Shown here: piece by piece, positions 32,339 through 43,083 of the stretch
Position numbering within the stretch: position 1 is the first letter of the stretch
How the letters are laid out: each line of letters starts with the position of its first letter
Origin: Amoeboaphelidium occidentale
Lineage: Eukaryota
Direction: 5' to 3'
Length of the DNA stretch: 46,186 nucleotides
Assembly: GCA_023515795.1 (NCBI GenBank)
Contig: JALGPX010000110.1
Coordinates: 1-46,186 of the forward strand
Made by a program: the position numbers and the translations under genes
Notes under the pieces: generated by a model
Database searches by the model: none
What the model was told of the DNA's origin: nothing
The model's input: only the letters and a program-made list of their open reading frames with translations

Positions 32339-33493
32339 TCAAAGCCATGTCGCCTCATAAGATTGACAGTCCAACTTTTCCAGTTCAACCAACTTATCAG
32401 AATCTAATGATAAAGTAGATCGCTCCAGTTGCTTCTTCAAAAGAACAGCATAACCATTCTGACAAAGGATCTGGCCAAGTTCTTCAATAATGACTTTGAT
32501 ATTTGGCGCAGACAGTTTCTTCAGAGAATAAAATACAGATTCCTTCTGAGTGTCACTTTCGTAAGCCCTCGTAGAATCCTTAACAGCGCACTGAACTCTT
32601 TTCCTCAAATGATCATAATCCGTGTTAACATCCAATTTGTCATCGTCAAAGAGCGTATTCTTCAGTAAAAACTCATTAATTCGAAGTAATTCTCTCTCGC
32701 TGACACCATCAGACTGTTTCAGATCTTCAAATTTCACAAAGAGCGTCGGAATAGGAGCGTCCCTCCAGAATTCGTAATGTCTTTTGTATTTGTCAACGTA
32801 CCAGCGCATTTTACCTTCCTTTATAAGTTCGACAGGAGGCGAATTGGCAGCAGCATCTGCGGCACTTGAGGACTTTATCGTATCCAACTTGAGCGTGTGA
32901 TTTTGGGTCTTGTGATAAGAATGATAACTCCAAATGGCATCGAATGGATTTCGTATAATGTGAATACTTCTGTTGTAATCCCTCCATACTTGAGCCTTCT
33001 CTCCGTATCTCAGCAGTGCATTAACGGGATAATGTGTCTTTTGCAGAAACATATTTGTCTTATTACACTCAGACTTGAATGTGTTGCGCAGGAATCTGTC
33101 ACAGTAAATGCTCGACGTGAGAAAGCCAGTGGATTTTTCAATTAATAATCGCAGGAATGTGTTGCCGGATCTTGGGAATGAAGTCAGCGCAGTTCTGATT
33201 GTTCCGGGATAGAGTTTAGCTATAAAGGAATTAGTCAAAGTATTGAAAAGACTCCGTTGAATACCATTATCTATAGAACAATCCAAAGCTGCATCAACTG
33301 TGTCTGTATTGTCACGAGCGTCTGTCTTGGCTGGCTCGGTCTTGGTTCCATCTATTTTGTTCGATCTTGACAAAGTAATACGGGTGGAGTACAGCGGTGT
33401 GTCTTTAATAAGAAAGAAGGGATAAATTAGAATAATAGAAGAAACTGCCACGATTAGAAAGAGCGTATTGCATCTTATTCCAGAGGTCCTCAT
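32339..33493 (-). CDS. Type II membrane sulfotransferase (WSCD-like PAPS-binding domain)
   Basis: TM anchor; 5'-PSB TSFPRSGNTFLR, KTHYP, 3'-PB IIRNPFDAIWSY, VKFEDLK. Confidence 0.82.
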   Translation of the reverse strand: MRTSGIRCNTLFLIVAVSSIILIYPFFLIKDTPLYSTRITLSRSNKIDGTKTEPAKTDARDNTDTVDAALDCSIDNGIQRSLFNTLTNSFIAKLYPGTIRTALTSFPRSGNTFLRLLIEKSTGFLTSSIYCDRFLRNTFKSECNKTNMFLQKTHYPVNALLRYGEKAQVWRDYNRSIHIIRNPFDAIWSYHSYHKTQNHTLKLDTIKSSSAADAAANSPPVELIKEGKMRWYVDKYKRHYEFWRDAPIPTLFVKFEDLKQSDGVSERELLRINEFLLKNTLFDDDKLDVNTDYDHLRKRVQCAVKDSTRAYESDTQKESVFYSLKKLSAPNIKVIIEELGQILCQNGYAVLLKKQLERSTLSLDSDKLVELEKLDCQSYEATWL

Positions 33494-33560
33494 TAGAGCT
33501 TTGATGGCGTGGAAAAAGTTCAAAAAAGGCTGAAAATGAGCGATTTTGGGTTTACTTCGT

Positions 33561-35125
33561 TTAGTTAGCCTCCACAGTACTAGCAGGCACCTCACTGGAT
33601 AAAACAGTAGCTTGTGCATCTTGCATAAGAGTTTCGGCAGAGTTTGAAGTTGATACCGTCGTTGAGATCACCTCTTCATACACTTCACCCAATTCACCTT
33701 GTTCAAACTTTATCAAAGTACAGAAACCATCAATACTTGAGCATAGTAAGTTCAGACCATCAGGAGACCATGCTAAATCACTCATATTGTCATAATGAAA
33801 CCTTTTGCATTCTGCCACGACAGACATGTGTTGAGTGTCACAAATAAGAACTTCTTCTCTGGTAGCAACAGCAAATATCATTCTATAAGGAAGACTTAAC
33901 CAAGAATTAGGCTGTGAGCTGCCATCTGAATGATTATCCTTTAGTTTGTATTTCAAGGGACTGAAAGAAACAACAGTTGCTGCTTGATTGAATCCTGATA
34001 TGAAGGCTATAGGAGATTTCTTGAGACAGTTCCTTGAATATACAAAAGCCACATGAGAATGATTATCATTTCCCTCTTTCGTAGCAGCATTATTCTTGAA
34101 TAAACCACATGGAGATACTAACAAAGAACCATCAGGCGAGAATGCAGCTCTACGAAAGAATGTCAATAAAGACTCATTGTGATACAAATGTGGCTTTGGT
34201 TGATCACCTTGTGTTTCTTGAGTAGCTTTTGCATTTTCGTCATTTGCATCTGAAGCCAACTTTATATCTTCCAACTTGAAAGACTTTGAAACACAAGCCA
34301 GTGGAGTATTTTTCTTGGCGTCAAAATCAACAGAGTAAACTCTCAATGTTCTATACAGTGTTAAAAGCTAAGAGACCATATAAAAAGCACCTGTCTCGGC
34401 TTTGTGATACACAATATTTACCCAAAGGATCCCATGCTACACCTTGAACAAAGGAAATATGTTGCGTCAATGTTTGAATCGGAGCCTTTGTTTCAACGGA
34501 ATATAAACGAACAGCAAAGTCCATATCACTGCCAGCCAACACGTAATCGCCATCCTTAGTCCAGGCCAAGTCGAATATCGCAGATCTTGTTGGTGATCTA
34601 AAGAATTCAAGGTATTAGAGAACTAGACTTGTAGAAAGATAAATTTACAATAGAACTGTACTTGGCGCCCATCCCTCTGAATTCTCCGAAGGATCTTGAC
34701 CAAAGCCGAAACCAGACGATGAAGCTCCTGTTTGATTCTCCTTCCAAATGATTATGCTTCCATCTGAACATTATTTTAACAACGAAATACTCTGATAATT
34801 ACCATCGCCACCAGATGCCAGGATCCCAGACTTTTTCGGATGCCATCTAACCACATTGACACCTCCAGTGTGTCTGGACAATGTTGATAGAAAAGTAACT
34901 ACACTAGAACTTGTTCCGGAACTATTCTCTGTTTCAGGCTCAATGCGCCAAGTCTACCGAAAGCATTAACAAATCCTCTTCTAAAATATGCGATTGTTTT
35001 GATGTTACCCTTATGCAGGAATCAGCACCACATGTAGCCAAACGAAATGGCTCAAATGGTTCGAAATGACAGGAATACACTGGTTGCTTCTCATGCCAAT
35101 GGATTTGTAGTGTCTTTGCCTTCAT
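33561..35125 (-). CDS. CAC2: Chromatin assembly factor 1 subunit B (Cac2/p60), multi-exon WD40
   Basis: MKAKTLQIHWH, RLATCGAD, VQGVAWDPL, LYHNESLLTFFRRAAFSPDGSLL, LPYRMIFAVAT, DLAWSPDG..SSIDGFC. Confidence 0.93.
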
Positions 35126-35350
35126 TTCACTATTCCGGGAAAGCTTGAAACAGCGTTTGATACAAACAAACAGGCCACAGCGGACTCGGAAGGGTGAAGG
35201 GGAATGAGTATGCGAACACTGGGATATCTGAGGGATCACAAGCATTCAACAGCTTTCTTGCTTTACCCTCATGAAAGATTTTAGACCGATTTCCCGTGCT
35301 TATCTTAGAAGTTGGCGTAAATCTGATAGTTTCATAAGACTGACTGCGGA

Positions 35351-37132
35351 ATGATTAAAACATCTTTAATTAACCTTACAATCCTTCTTTGCATTTGTTT
35401 CAAATTAAATTGGGCTTCGGTGCCATGGAATTTATTCTTACAGACGGACTCTGAAGGTGAAGTAGTCGAAAGCCCCGAGTTAAATGAGCTGAAACAGGTC
35501 TGTCGTGATCTAAAACAGAAGCATGGAGCCAATGGACAGGAAGGAATATTTTGTCATCCAAGCGAAAGCAACAAAATGCTTTACTGTTCTCAAGGGGAAG
35601 AAGCATTCATTATTGACTGTCCGTCAAAATATTCATGCAGAAGTCACGCAAAATTGAAATGGTTGAAGGCAGCTGATGATCAAATTACAGCTGAAGGCTC
35701 TGAAGTGCAGGATGAAGTTTCAACTGAAGATCTGGATGGTGAAGAATTGGAGGAATCTAATGGTTGGCTTCTATCGGAGAAGGTACAGAATCAGAAATTT
35801 GCCAAACACAATTTGGCTCAGTGTGTTCGCGATGATCAACTGGATCTAGACAATTACTGTGAAGATGAATTATTTTCGTTTTATTCTGAGGATGCGTTCG
35901 ATAAGTCTTGGAATGGCACAAAGGAAGAAGAAGAATTGTTGGCTTCCAGAGCGCAGGATTTAAACGATGATTATGATATCAGCAATGACAATGGTGAAGC
36001 AATAGCTGCTGTTTCTCTATGCAATCCTTTCAAAATAGCAAGGAAGCATCTTGTTAAATGTTTCTTTGTCCGAAAGGATTGTGGGCTTAAATTAGATTCT
36101 GGCCGATGCTTTGAAACAAGGGAAGTTCAAATGCAAATGGAAGATTGTCAACAGTATGATATGTGCAGGCATTACAGAAATCAGGATGCTTCCAGAAAAC
36201 ACTCTGCAAAGTGTCATTCTCCTCTGGATGCCCTGTGTTTGGATAGATTCTGGTCAATTTACTCGAGTGATTTCATGAGCTCATTGGAAGAGACAACCTT
36301 AACTTCTTTCCTGCCATTTACAAAACTGTCGAACTTTAAATTTTGTGATCCTTTCAGGTCACAGAAACAGTTGGAATGTCGAATTGAATGGCATGTATCT
36401 CCGTTACCGAGTTTGACACATCAAAGCATTCTCGCTCCATACGAGAAAGAATCCATGAAGAAATACATTAGAGATAGATTTCCTGATCTTTACAAGGAAG
36501 TTTATCCTGTGTCGCAAGGATTTGATGATAGCGTACTTAAAAGAAGATTTTCCATTAGACCTCTGAAAATTGATGTGGTTCATCATTACTGTCCAGGCCA
36601 AGCTGAATTTGTTGCTGGATCATCTGAATTACCGCAAGAGGAAACTGTTACTGATGATTACGATGATATGGAGATTGATGATTCTAGATACTATACAACT
36701 GGTCCTGTTTGTAAGCAGCTAACAAGAAAGACTTCCATTTGCTCTCCTGAATCTGCTCTTAGAATTGGAATTGATATTGTGACGGAGGACAAATCAGAAA
36801 GGCATGGAGAGAATTCGCAATTGAAGTTGGAGGCATTTCCCGGATTTTGTTTAGGACGACAACCTGGTCAGTTCTGTTTACCGGGTACGCCTGATGTTGG
36901 GATCTTTTGCCCTGCTGGTAAAATCATTCGTTGCAGAAGACCAGCTGCAAGTCAAATCTCTGATGTTGACGACAATACATTGAGATGCATTCAAAAACAC
37001 GGCGATATACCAAAAGAAACGTACTCTGGAGATCCTTTCAGAAATGTTAAAATTCAAGATTTGGAAGGAAATGAAGTTTTTTATGGAGCTTGGGCAACTT
37101 GTGGACCTCAAACAGATCAAGTTTCGCAATAG
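35351..37132 (+). CDS. Cys-rich secreted or membrane-anchored protein of unknown function
   Basis: 593-codon ORF, hydrophobic N-terminus, recurring GxFC..P..YC..C and FCDP modules. Confidence 0.65.
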   Translation: MIKTSLINLTILLCICFKLNWASVPWNLFLQTDSEGEVVESPELNELKQVCRDLKQKHGANGQEGIFCHPSESNKMLYCSQGEEAFIIDCPSKYSCRSHAKLKWLKAADDQITAEGSEVQDEVSTEDLDGEELEESNGWLLSEKVQNQKFAKHNLAQCVRDDQLDLDNYCEDELFSFYSEDAFDKSWNGTKEEEELLASRAQDLNDDYDISNDNGEAIAAVSLCNPFKIARKHLVKCFFVRKDCGLKLDSGRCFETREVQMQMEDCQQYDMCRHYRNQDASRKHSAKCHSPLDALCLDRFWSIYSSDFMSSLEETTLTSFLPFTKLSNFKFCDPFRSQKQLECRIEWHVSPLPSLTHQSILAPYEKESMKKYIRDRFPDLYKEVYPVSQGFDDSVLKRRFSIRPLKIDVVHHYCPGQAEFVAGSSELPQEETVTDDYDDMEIDDSRYYTTGPVCKQLTRKTSICSPESALRIGIDIVTEDKSERHGENSQLKLEAFPGFCLGRQPGQFCLPGTPDVGIFCPAGKIIRCRRPAASQISDVDDNTLRCIQKHGDIPKETYSGDPFRNVKIQDLEGNEVFYGAWATCGPQTDQVSQ

Positions 37133-37146
37133 ATTTTTACGGTAAC

Positions 37147-38274
37147 ATGGACAAATTTTCTGTACCCAAGGAACTTCCTTTAAACGATGGTGCGACAGAT
37201 GAATATCACAATATACTACGCCTGGAACAGAACCTCAGCAGAATTCCGCCATGCAGGATTGCGAGAGACAAGTACAACAGGTGGGCTTCTGTTGCAATAA
37301 TATTAAACATTACTCAACAAGAAAGCACAAAAAGGCAATCTTCTTCAAAAGCAACAACAGAATCTCTTGAATACGGCTCACCTGTTGCTTTGGCGATATC
37401 AAAAGTTTTTGGCAACTCAAATGTTAATGCCAAGATCCTGCTTATCAAGAGAGCTGTTAGAGATGGTGATCGTTGGAGTGCACACATGGGACTGCCTGGT
37501 GGAAAGCAGGAACTATCGGAAACTGACTTTGAGACATGCAAAAGGGAGACAATGGAAGAAATTGGAATTGATCTCAGTAGTAACGAATACATTTTCATAG
37601 GACAATTATCTGATCGTCCAGTTATTCTATTCAGTATTCCACATAGAGGAGCAATAATGGGATTATCTTGCTTTTTATTTGTAAGAATAAGCAAAGAGCC
37701 GCTTAGGGTACAGCTGAACCCTTCTGAAGTTGAAGATTGCTTTCTGGTTCCATTGAATCTACTGGAACTTTGTATGAAACAACCTGAAATGCTTTACTGT
37801 GATCCAGTACTTCGAGAGCATTCTAGCGATCAACACCCTTGGAAGCGTCTACTGGTGGGCAATAATCTGTACTTTCCAACGATTTCTCTTTCCAATTCAA
37901 TTACAAAAGACAGATATTATGGTAAAAGTAATGTCGCTTCTTTATCACTGAAAGGCTTCCAACCTGAACGAGATTTAAGAGTATGGGGACTTACTTTTGG
38001 ACTTATATCTGATCTACTTGATCTCTACGTGTTACCGGATTCTTCCATGAAATCGCTTGGTACTAATGCTCCACGCTTCGACTCTTTTGATGTGAACCTG
38101 CTGATAACAAAAGTGTTTCACAGGCCAAGCACTATCGGAACCAGATCAGACACAAGCATAGCACCAAGTGAAGAATCCCAGAAAGCTGTCTACACTGCAT
38201 TATTCTTGAGAGCCTTCTTGTTACTTGGAACCACAATTGGTGTCACATACAAACGATTCTTGGCAAGATTGTAA
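37147..38274 (+). CDS. Nudix hydrolase (CoA-pyrophosphatase-like), C-terminal hydrophobic segment
   Basis: LLIKRAVRDGDRWSAHMGLPGGKQE..CKRETMEEIG Nudix box, LNPSEV, VWGLT. Confidence 0.88.
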   Translation: MDKFSVPKELPLNDGATDEYHNILRLEQNLSRIPPCRIARDKYNRWASVAIILNITQQESTKRQSSSKATTESLEYGSPVALAISKVFGNSNVNAKILLIKRAVRDGDRWSAHMGLPGGKQELSETDFETCKRETMEEIGIDLSSNEYIFIGQLSDRPVILFSIPHRGAIMGLSCFLFVRISKEPLRVQLNPSEVEDCFLVPLNLLELCMKQPEMLYCDPVLREHSSDQHPWKRLLVGNNLYFPTISLSNSITKDRYYGKSNVASLSLKGFQPERDLRVWGLTFGLISDLLDLYVLPDSSMKSLGTNAPRFDSFDVNLLITKVFHRPSTIGTRSDTSIAPSEESQKAVYTALFLRAFLLLGTTIGVTYKRFLARL

Positions 38275-38421
38275 CTGGAATAATTACAATATCGGATTTA
38301 TTTCTTTAAGGCATAATAGATTTACTTCATATAGTACTGTGAGCATAAGAATTTTTTTTTTACTTTTCATAATCAAAGGCTAGCATGAACCAATAGGGAT
38401 ACGAATATACGCAAGGAGAGT

Positions 38422-39252
38422 CTACAATACAACTACACAACGATCAGAACCAGCGTCACCAGTCATACCAGTGTCACCAATAAACGATCTTAACCTTTTT
38501 GGTGTAAAACATTTACGTTCTTCACACGAACTCTTCTTTCCCTTCTTTGGCAATTCATTCTTATCCTTCTTCTTGTGTTGTTGCTCTTCTTCCTCTTGCT
38601 CTTTTGTCTCATCGTAGTCCTGATCCAACAACTTTCGATTTTGCTCAGAAGGACAGCCACATCCTTTCACACAGAGACTGAACGGATCATAAAGACAAAC
38701 CATCAGGACTCTTCCTGAATCTTTTCTGATGTGGCCTCCATTCACACCAAAACATGAAACCAACTCATAAACGCCGGAATAAGCCGAACTTTTACTTCCA
38801 GGTGCGTCGTAAATGTGAAGGTACTTCTTGCCATACTCCAACTGAGCTTCATTACTAACTGAGTCATCATCATTGGGAGACATAACCAACTGGGCCAAGT
38901 AATACTCCTTCACAGCATAATTGCATAATTGATTACCAGCCAATGGGTTCTTGGTCCTCTTGACTGAATTACCGTTACCATTCGCAGTTGTGATTGAATT
39001 AAAGTATGGTGAGATGATCTCAGAAGAGGCGACAATTATGGTGGTTTCCTTTGCTACAGTGCCACTCTGATCATCGACACCATCATCACTGCTGCTGTTG
39101 CTACTGCGGACATGGCGATGCTTCATCTTCATATGATCAGGAAAGTTGTAAGGCACTGCGATGAATGAATTGTAAATAGAATTGGAGTTAATGCCGTAGA
39201 AGGGCTGCTCAGAAAGTGTTTGTGGGTGTTGTTTTGAAATTTGTTTCGTCAT
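38422..39252 (-). CDS. Hypothetical protein
   Basis: ~276-codon ORF with low-complexity and charged tracts; no recognised domain. Confidence 0.55.
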   Translation of the reverse strand: MTKQISKQHPQTLSEQPFYGINSNSIYNSFIAVPYNFPDHMKMKHRHVRSSNSSSDDGVDDQSGTVAKETTIIVASSEIISPYFNSITTANGNGNSVKRTKNPLAGNQLCNYAVKEYYLAQLVMSPNDDDSVSNEAQLEYGKKYLHIYDAPGSKSSAYSGVYELVSCFGVNGGHIRKDSGRVLMVCLYDPFSLCVKGCGCPSEQNRKLLDQDYDETKEQEEEEQQHKKKDKNELPKKGKKSSCEERKCFTPKRLRSFIGDTGMTGDAGSDRCVVVL

Positions 39253-39791
39253 CAATTTGGAGAAAAGAAAGTTTGTGGAATCAAATCGAAGTTTAACCAG
39301 CTGGCGTGATCGACGCTGACTCACACAACTTGTAACTCGAATCGATCAGCACTGTGTCACAGACTAAAACCGCCTAGGCATGGCATTTCACAGGAGTCTA
39401 TGAGTTGTATAATGAGCTTAAATGGATGATAGTCTTTTAAGTAATCAGAGTGAAATTTCAATTGCTTATCATATCACCAGTGAGAATCACGTGATCAAAG
39501 ATTATGAAAGCGATTCTCTGACAATCGAAAGCGTTAGATGCAGTTAAGTTGGTTGATAATAGATATGACTTTAAAGGCAGTGACATATCGCTAGCAACCA
39601 TCCTGACTTAGCTCGAAGTCCTTGCGCTAAATCACTAAGAATACTGAAGCAAGATGTCTATAACCAATTAATGATTTCTTCTTGAAACAGCACTTAAAAA
39701 AAGATGAGCCCCTATTAATACCCAGCTGAACCCTTTATACCTCTTGAAACTGTGAAACGACTGATTTACAACCTCTTTTACTCACTTCGCA

Positions 39792-40780
39792 ATGAATAGA
39801 AAATTCCGTCTTGCCCTGGTCCAGATGCTGGTATCGGAGAATAAGACTCTGAATTTACAAAAGGCACGCTCGCTTGTAAAGGAAGCTGCTGCCAATGGTG
39901 CGAATATTGTAGCATTACCAGTGAGTTCTATCGCAGTCACGTTTTATAAGATTAAATATTCAGGAATGCTTTAATAGTCCTTATGGCACGAAATACTTTA
40001 AAAAGTATGCAGAAGAGATTCCAACAGGAGAATCTTGGAGGGCATTGAGTGAAATGGCAGCTGAATCGAAAGTGTTCCTTGTCGGAGGATCAATTCCGGA
40101 AAAGTTCTTATACAGTGACAAGGAGTCACAACAAGAACAGACAGAATATCATAATACATGTTGCGTATTCGATCCATCTGGTTCCCTGCTTACAACATAC
40201 CGAAAGATGCATCTGTTTGATATTGATATTCCTGGCAAGATCAAGTTCAAAGAAAGCGAAGTCTTATCACCTGGGCATCGTTCAGAAAGTTTTGAGACTC
40301 GTAAGTCTATCCCAGATTGTCCAGTTTCGTTAATTTATAGCATGGGGCCGGGTCCATATTGGCATTTGCTATGATATGCGCTTTCCAGAATTAGCATTAT
40401 TGTATTCAACGTTTGGTAAGGTAAATCTGATGATTTATCCTGGTGCATTCAACATGACCACGGGACCACTTCATTGGGAACTTTTACAGAGAGCAAGGGC
40501 TGTTGATAACCAGGTGTATTTTGCTGCTGTTTCACCTGCACGAGACAACAATGCTGATTATGTTGCTTGGGGTCATTCAACAATTGTAGGACCAAGGTAG
40601 TGGCAATTTAATTACTCGACAGCTTTAACTTGTAGTGGTGAAATCATTGAAAAGGCTGACGAGAAGGAATCCATAATCTACGGTGATTTAGACCTTGATG
40701 AGTTGGGTCGTGTTAGAGAGTCTATCCCAACGTCTAAACAGAAACGTTACGACGTTTATACACCAGTCAGGAATGCTTAA
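39792..40780 (+). CDS. NIT3: Omega-amidase Nit2/Nit3 (carbon-nitrogen hydrolase), 4 exons
   Basis: [73 protein letters not shown]; introns about 39921-39963, 40301-40340, 40597-40635. Confidence 0.92.
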
Positions 40781-40853
40781 TTCGCCTATCATTAGAATCA
40801 ATATCTGAAACTATTCTTCTTTCTGCTCCAGCCTTTTCTTTTTTATAATCGCA

Positions 40854-41768
40854 ATGACGCAACAGCAAAGAGTTCTCTCAATTCAGAGTCACGTCGTTCA
40901 TGGTTACGTCGGAAATAGAGCAGCTACATTTCCTTTACAGTTTTTGGGCTTCGATGTCGACGCTTTGAACTCTGTGCAATATTCTAATCATACGCAATAT
41001 CCCGGAATCAAAGGAACAGTTTTTGATGATAAGCACTTTCTTGATATCCTTGAAGGCCTCAGAAGCAACGATCTGCTGAACTATCAATACATTCTCAGCG
41101 GTTATATGGGATCCAAGTCATCGTTGGATGCTCTCCGGAAGATTGTCCAAGAGGTCAAGGAGTTCAGTCGCGCGCAAGGTCAACAAGCCGTGTATCTTTT
41201 AGATCCTGTTCTTGGTGATAATGGTCGGATGTATGTTCCTAATGAAATTGTCCCTGTTTACAGAGACATGTTGGCCTTGGCAGATATCATAACTCCTAAT
41301 GATTTTGAAGTTGAATTACTGACTGGTGTCAAGGTCATCGATTCTGACACGGCTAAGGAAGCGATTGCAAAATTAAAGTCAATGGGGGCTAAAAATGTCG
41401 TAATTACGAGCTACTTTGACTCTAAAGATTCTCGGCTGGTTCTGGTTGGTAGTGATGACCAGAGTGAAACATTTGAAATAAGATTCTCTAGGTTGAGTTC
41501 TCAATTCACGGGAACTGGAGATTTATTTGCTGCATTACTTTTAGCTCATTTTAAAGAACACGGTTTGAAGCGGGCATGCGAAAAGACGGTCTCTGTAATG
41601 CAGAAAGTTCTAATGCACACAGAAGCGAAAACTAAAAGCATGATGGAAACCAAGAAGGGCAATATCACAAAGGCGTTCCAGATGGATGCGATTGAATTGG
41701 ATTTAATCGGAAGTAGACACGATTTTATTTGTCATGAGCCTCAATTCAAGGCTAAATTACTAAATTAA
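40854..41768 (+). CDS. Pyridoxal kinase (PdxK/PdxY, Bud16-like)
   Basis: VLSIQSHVVHGYVGN, SNHTQY, LDPVLGDNG, TPNDFE, FTGTGDLFAALL. Confidence 0.95.
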   Translation: MTQQQRVLSIQSHVVHGYVGNRAATFPLQFLGFDVDALNSVQYSNHTQYPGIKGTVFDDKHFLDILEGLRSNDLLNYQYILSGYMGSKSSLDALRKIVQEVKEFSRAQGQQAVYLLDPVLGDNGRMYVPNEIVPVYRDMLALADIITPNDFEVELLTGVKVIDSDTAKEAIAKLKSMGAKNVVITSYFDSKDSRLVLVGSDDQSETFEIRFSRLSSQFTGTGDLFAALLLAHFKEHGLKRACEKTVSVMQKVLMHTEAKTKSMMETKKGNITKAFQMDAIELDLIGSRHDFICHEPQFKAKLLN

Positions 41769-41775
41769 TCAAAAA

Positions 41776-43005
41776 TCATTTGGAATAAATCCATACGCAA
41801 TCTGCCTGATCTGTTGCGACAATGTACTTCATATCATGACTTACAGCAACTGATTTGATTCTTTCGGTAGACTCAAGGGTAGATAATTTCCAGACATACT
41901 TTTGAGACGTCGATTTCGCATACCTTTGCTTTGACAAATTTCCCAGATCATACACGAGAACATTTCCATCCAAATCTCCGACTGCATAAAAAGCTGCTCC
42001 AGACTCATCTTTTGATACAGTTCCCTTCATTGTGTAAGCAAGGTCGCCTTTCCATTCTAATCTTTTAATAACATCAGGGCTCTGTTTGGTGGAGGTTGAT
42101 AAATTGCACAAGATCACTCCATCATCGCCTGTAGTCTTCAAAAGAACGACATCGTCTTCGATAAAATGTACATCATCAAATGGGCTTTCAGGCCATCCAT
42201 CTCCATCAAGATAAACTCTCTGTTTCCTTCCATTTAAATTTCTAATATCCAAAGAACAATCACTATCACCAATAATTATTTTAGCACCAGAGAAATCTAC
42301 AGCCACACTTAACGGAAACATATAATTAGATAATTTAAACTCATTTAAGCACTTTGCTCCTTCATTCAAATAAGCATCCCCAATATCCCATCGTTTTACT
42401 GTGCCATCTTCAGATCCACTTAGAAGAATATTCGGATTATCTGTGCAGAACTTTAGGCAAACGACTGGTCTTGTGTGTCCTTGTAAATACTTGAAACAAG
42501 TTCCAATTTCGTAGTTTATCAATTTTACAGTCTTGGCCTCGCCCGCAACAGCCAACAACCGAACAGGATCATCTTCCTTATTCCTCACAACCGTCCAAGC
42601 CAAGCAGGTAAATATTTCATGTACTTCATCCAAATGAAGATACTTCATAAAGACCTTTCCTGTTTCACAATCGGTAAAACATACGGAGTTACTTCCACAT
42701 GTTGCAACAACATACTTGCCTTCGTTGTCGTCACAAAGAGGCATAAACGCAGAGTCTGAAACATCAGGAGCCACCATATCTGCATCAGTATTAGCATCTT
42801 CTCGAAAATGTAGCCTGTAACAGAACTTCAGACTGTAACCGCCATTTGGGGAAGTCTTCCGTGCCAATGGAGACAATAGTAATTCTTCACCTTGGTCATC
42901 TGGGTCAACGAAACAAGACTTCTTTCTACTGATCGAAGAAGCTGATCTTCTATTGCGTAGAGAAGGTGTCGAGTTCTCTTCGTTTGGACTCGTTTGCACC
43001 ATCAT
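41776..43005 (-). CDS. WD40 protein resembling the LRWD1/ORCA WD domain
   Basis: ATCGSNSVCFTDCETGKVFMKY..EIFTCLAWT..LLAVAG..GHTRPVVCLKF..RWDIG follows the LRWD1 WD pattern; no LRR region. Confidence 0.7.
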   Translation of the reverse strand: MMVQTSPNEENSTPSLRNRRSASSISRKKSCFVDPDDQGEELLLSPLARKTSPNGGYSLKFCYRLHFREDANTDADMVAPDVSDSAFMPLCDDNEGKYVVATCGSNSVCFTDCETGKVFMKYLHLDEVHEIFTCLAWTVVRNKEDDPVRLLAVAGEAKTVKLINYEIGTCFKYLQGHTRPVVCLKFCTDNPNILLSGSEDGTVKRWDIGDAYLNEGAKCLNEFKLSNYMFPLSVAVDFSGAKIIIGDSDCSLDIRNLNGRKQRVYLDGDGWPESPFDDVHFIEDDVVLLKTTGDDGVILCNLSTSTKQSPDVIKRLEWKGDLAYTMKGTVSKDESGAAFYAVGDLDGNVLVYDLGNLSKQRYAKSTSQKYVWKLSTLESTERIKSVAVSHDMKYIVATDQADCVWIYSK

Positions 43006-43083
43006 AAGGAAACCACAAATTTTGTGAATGTTTGGAATCTTTTGCCAAGCTCATCTTATCCCCACAGTATTCTCGCCATTAGA

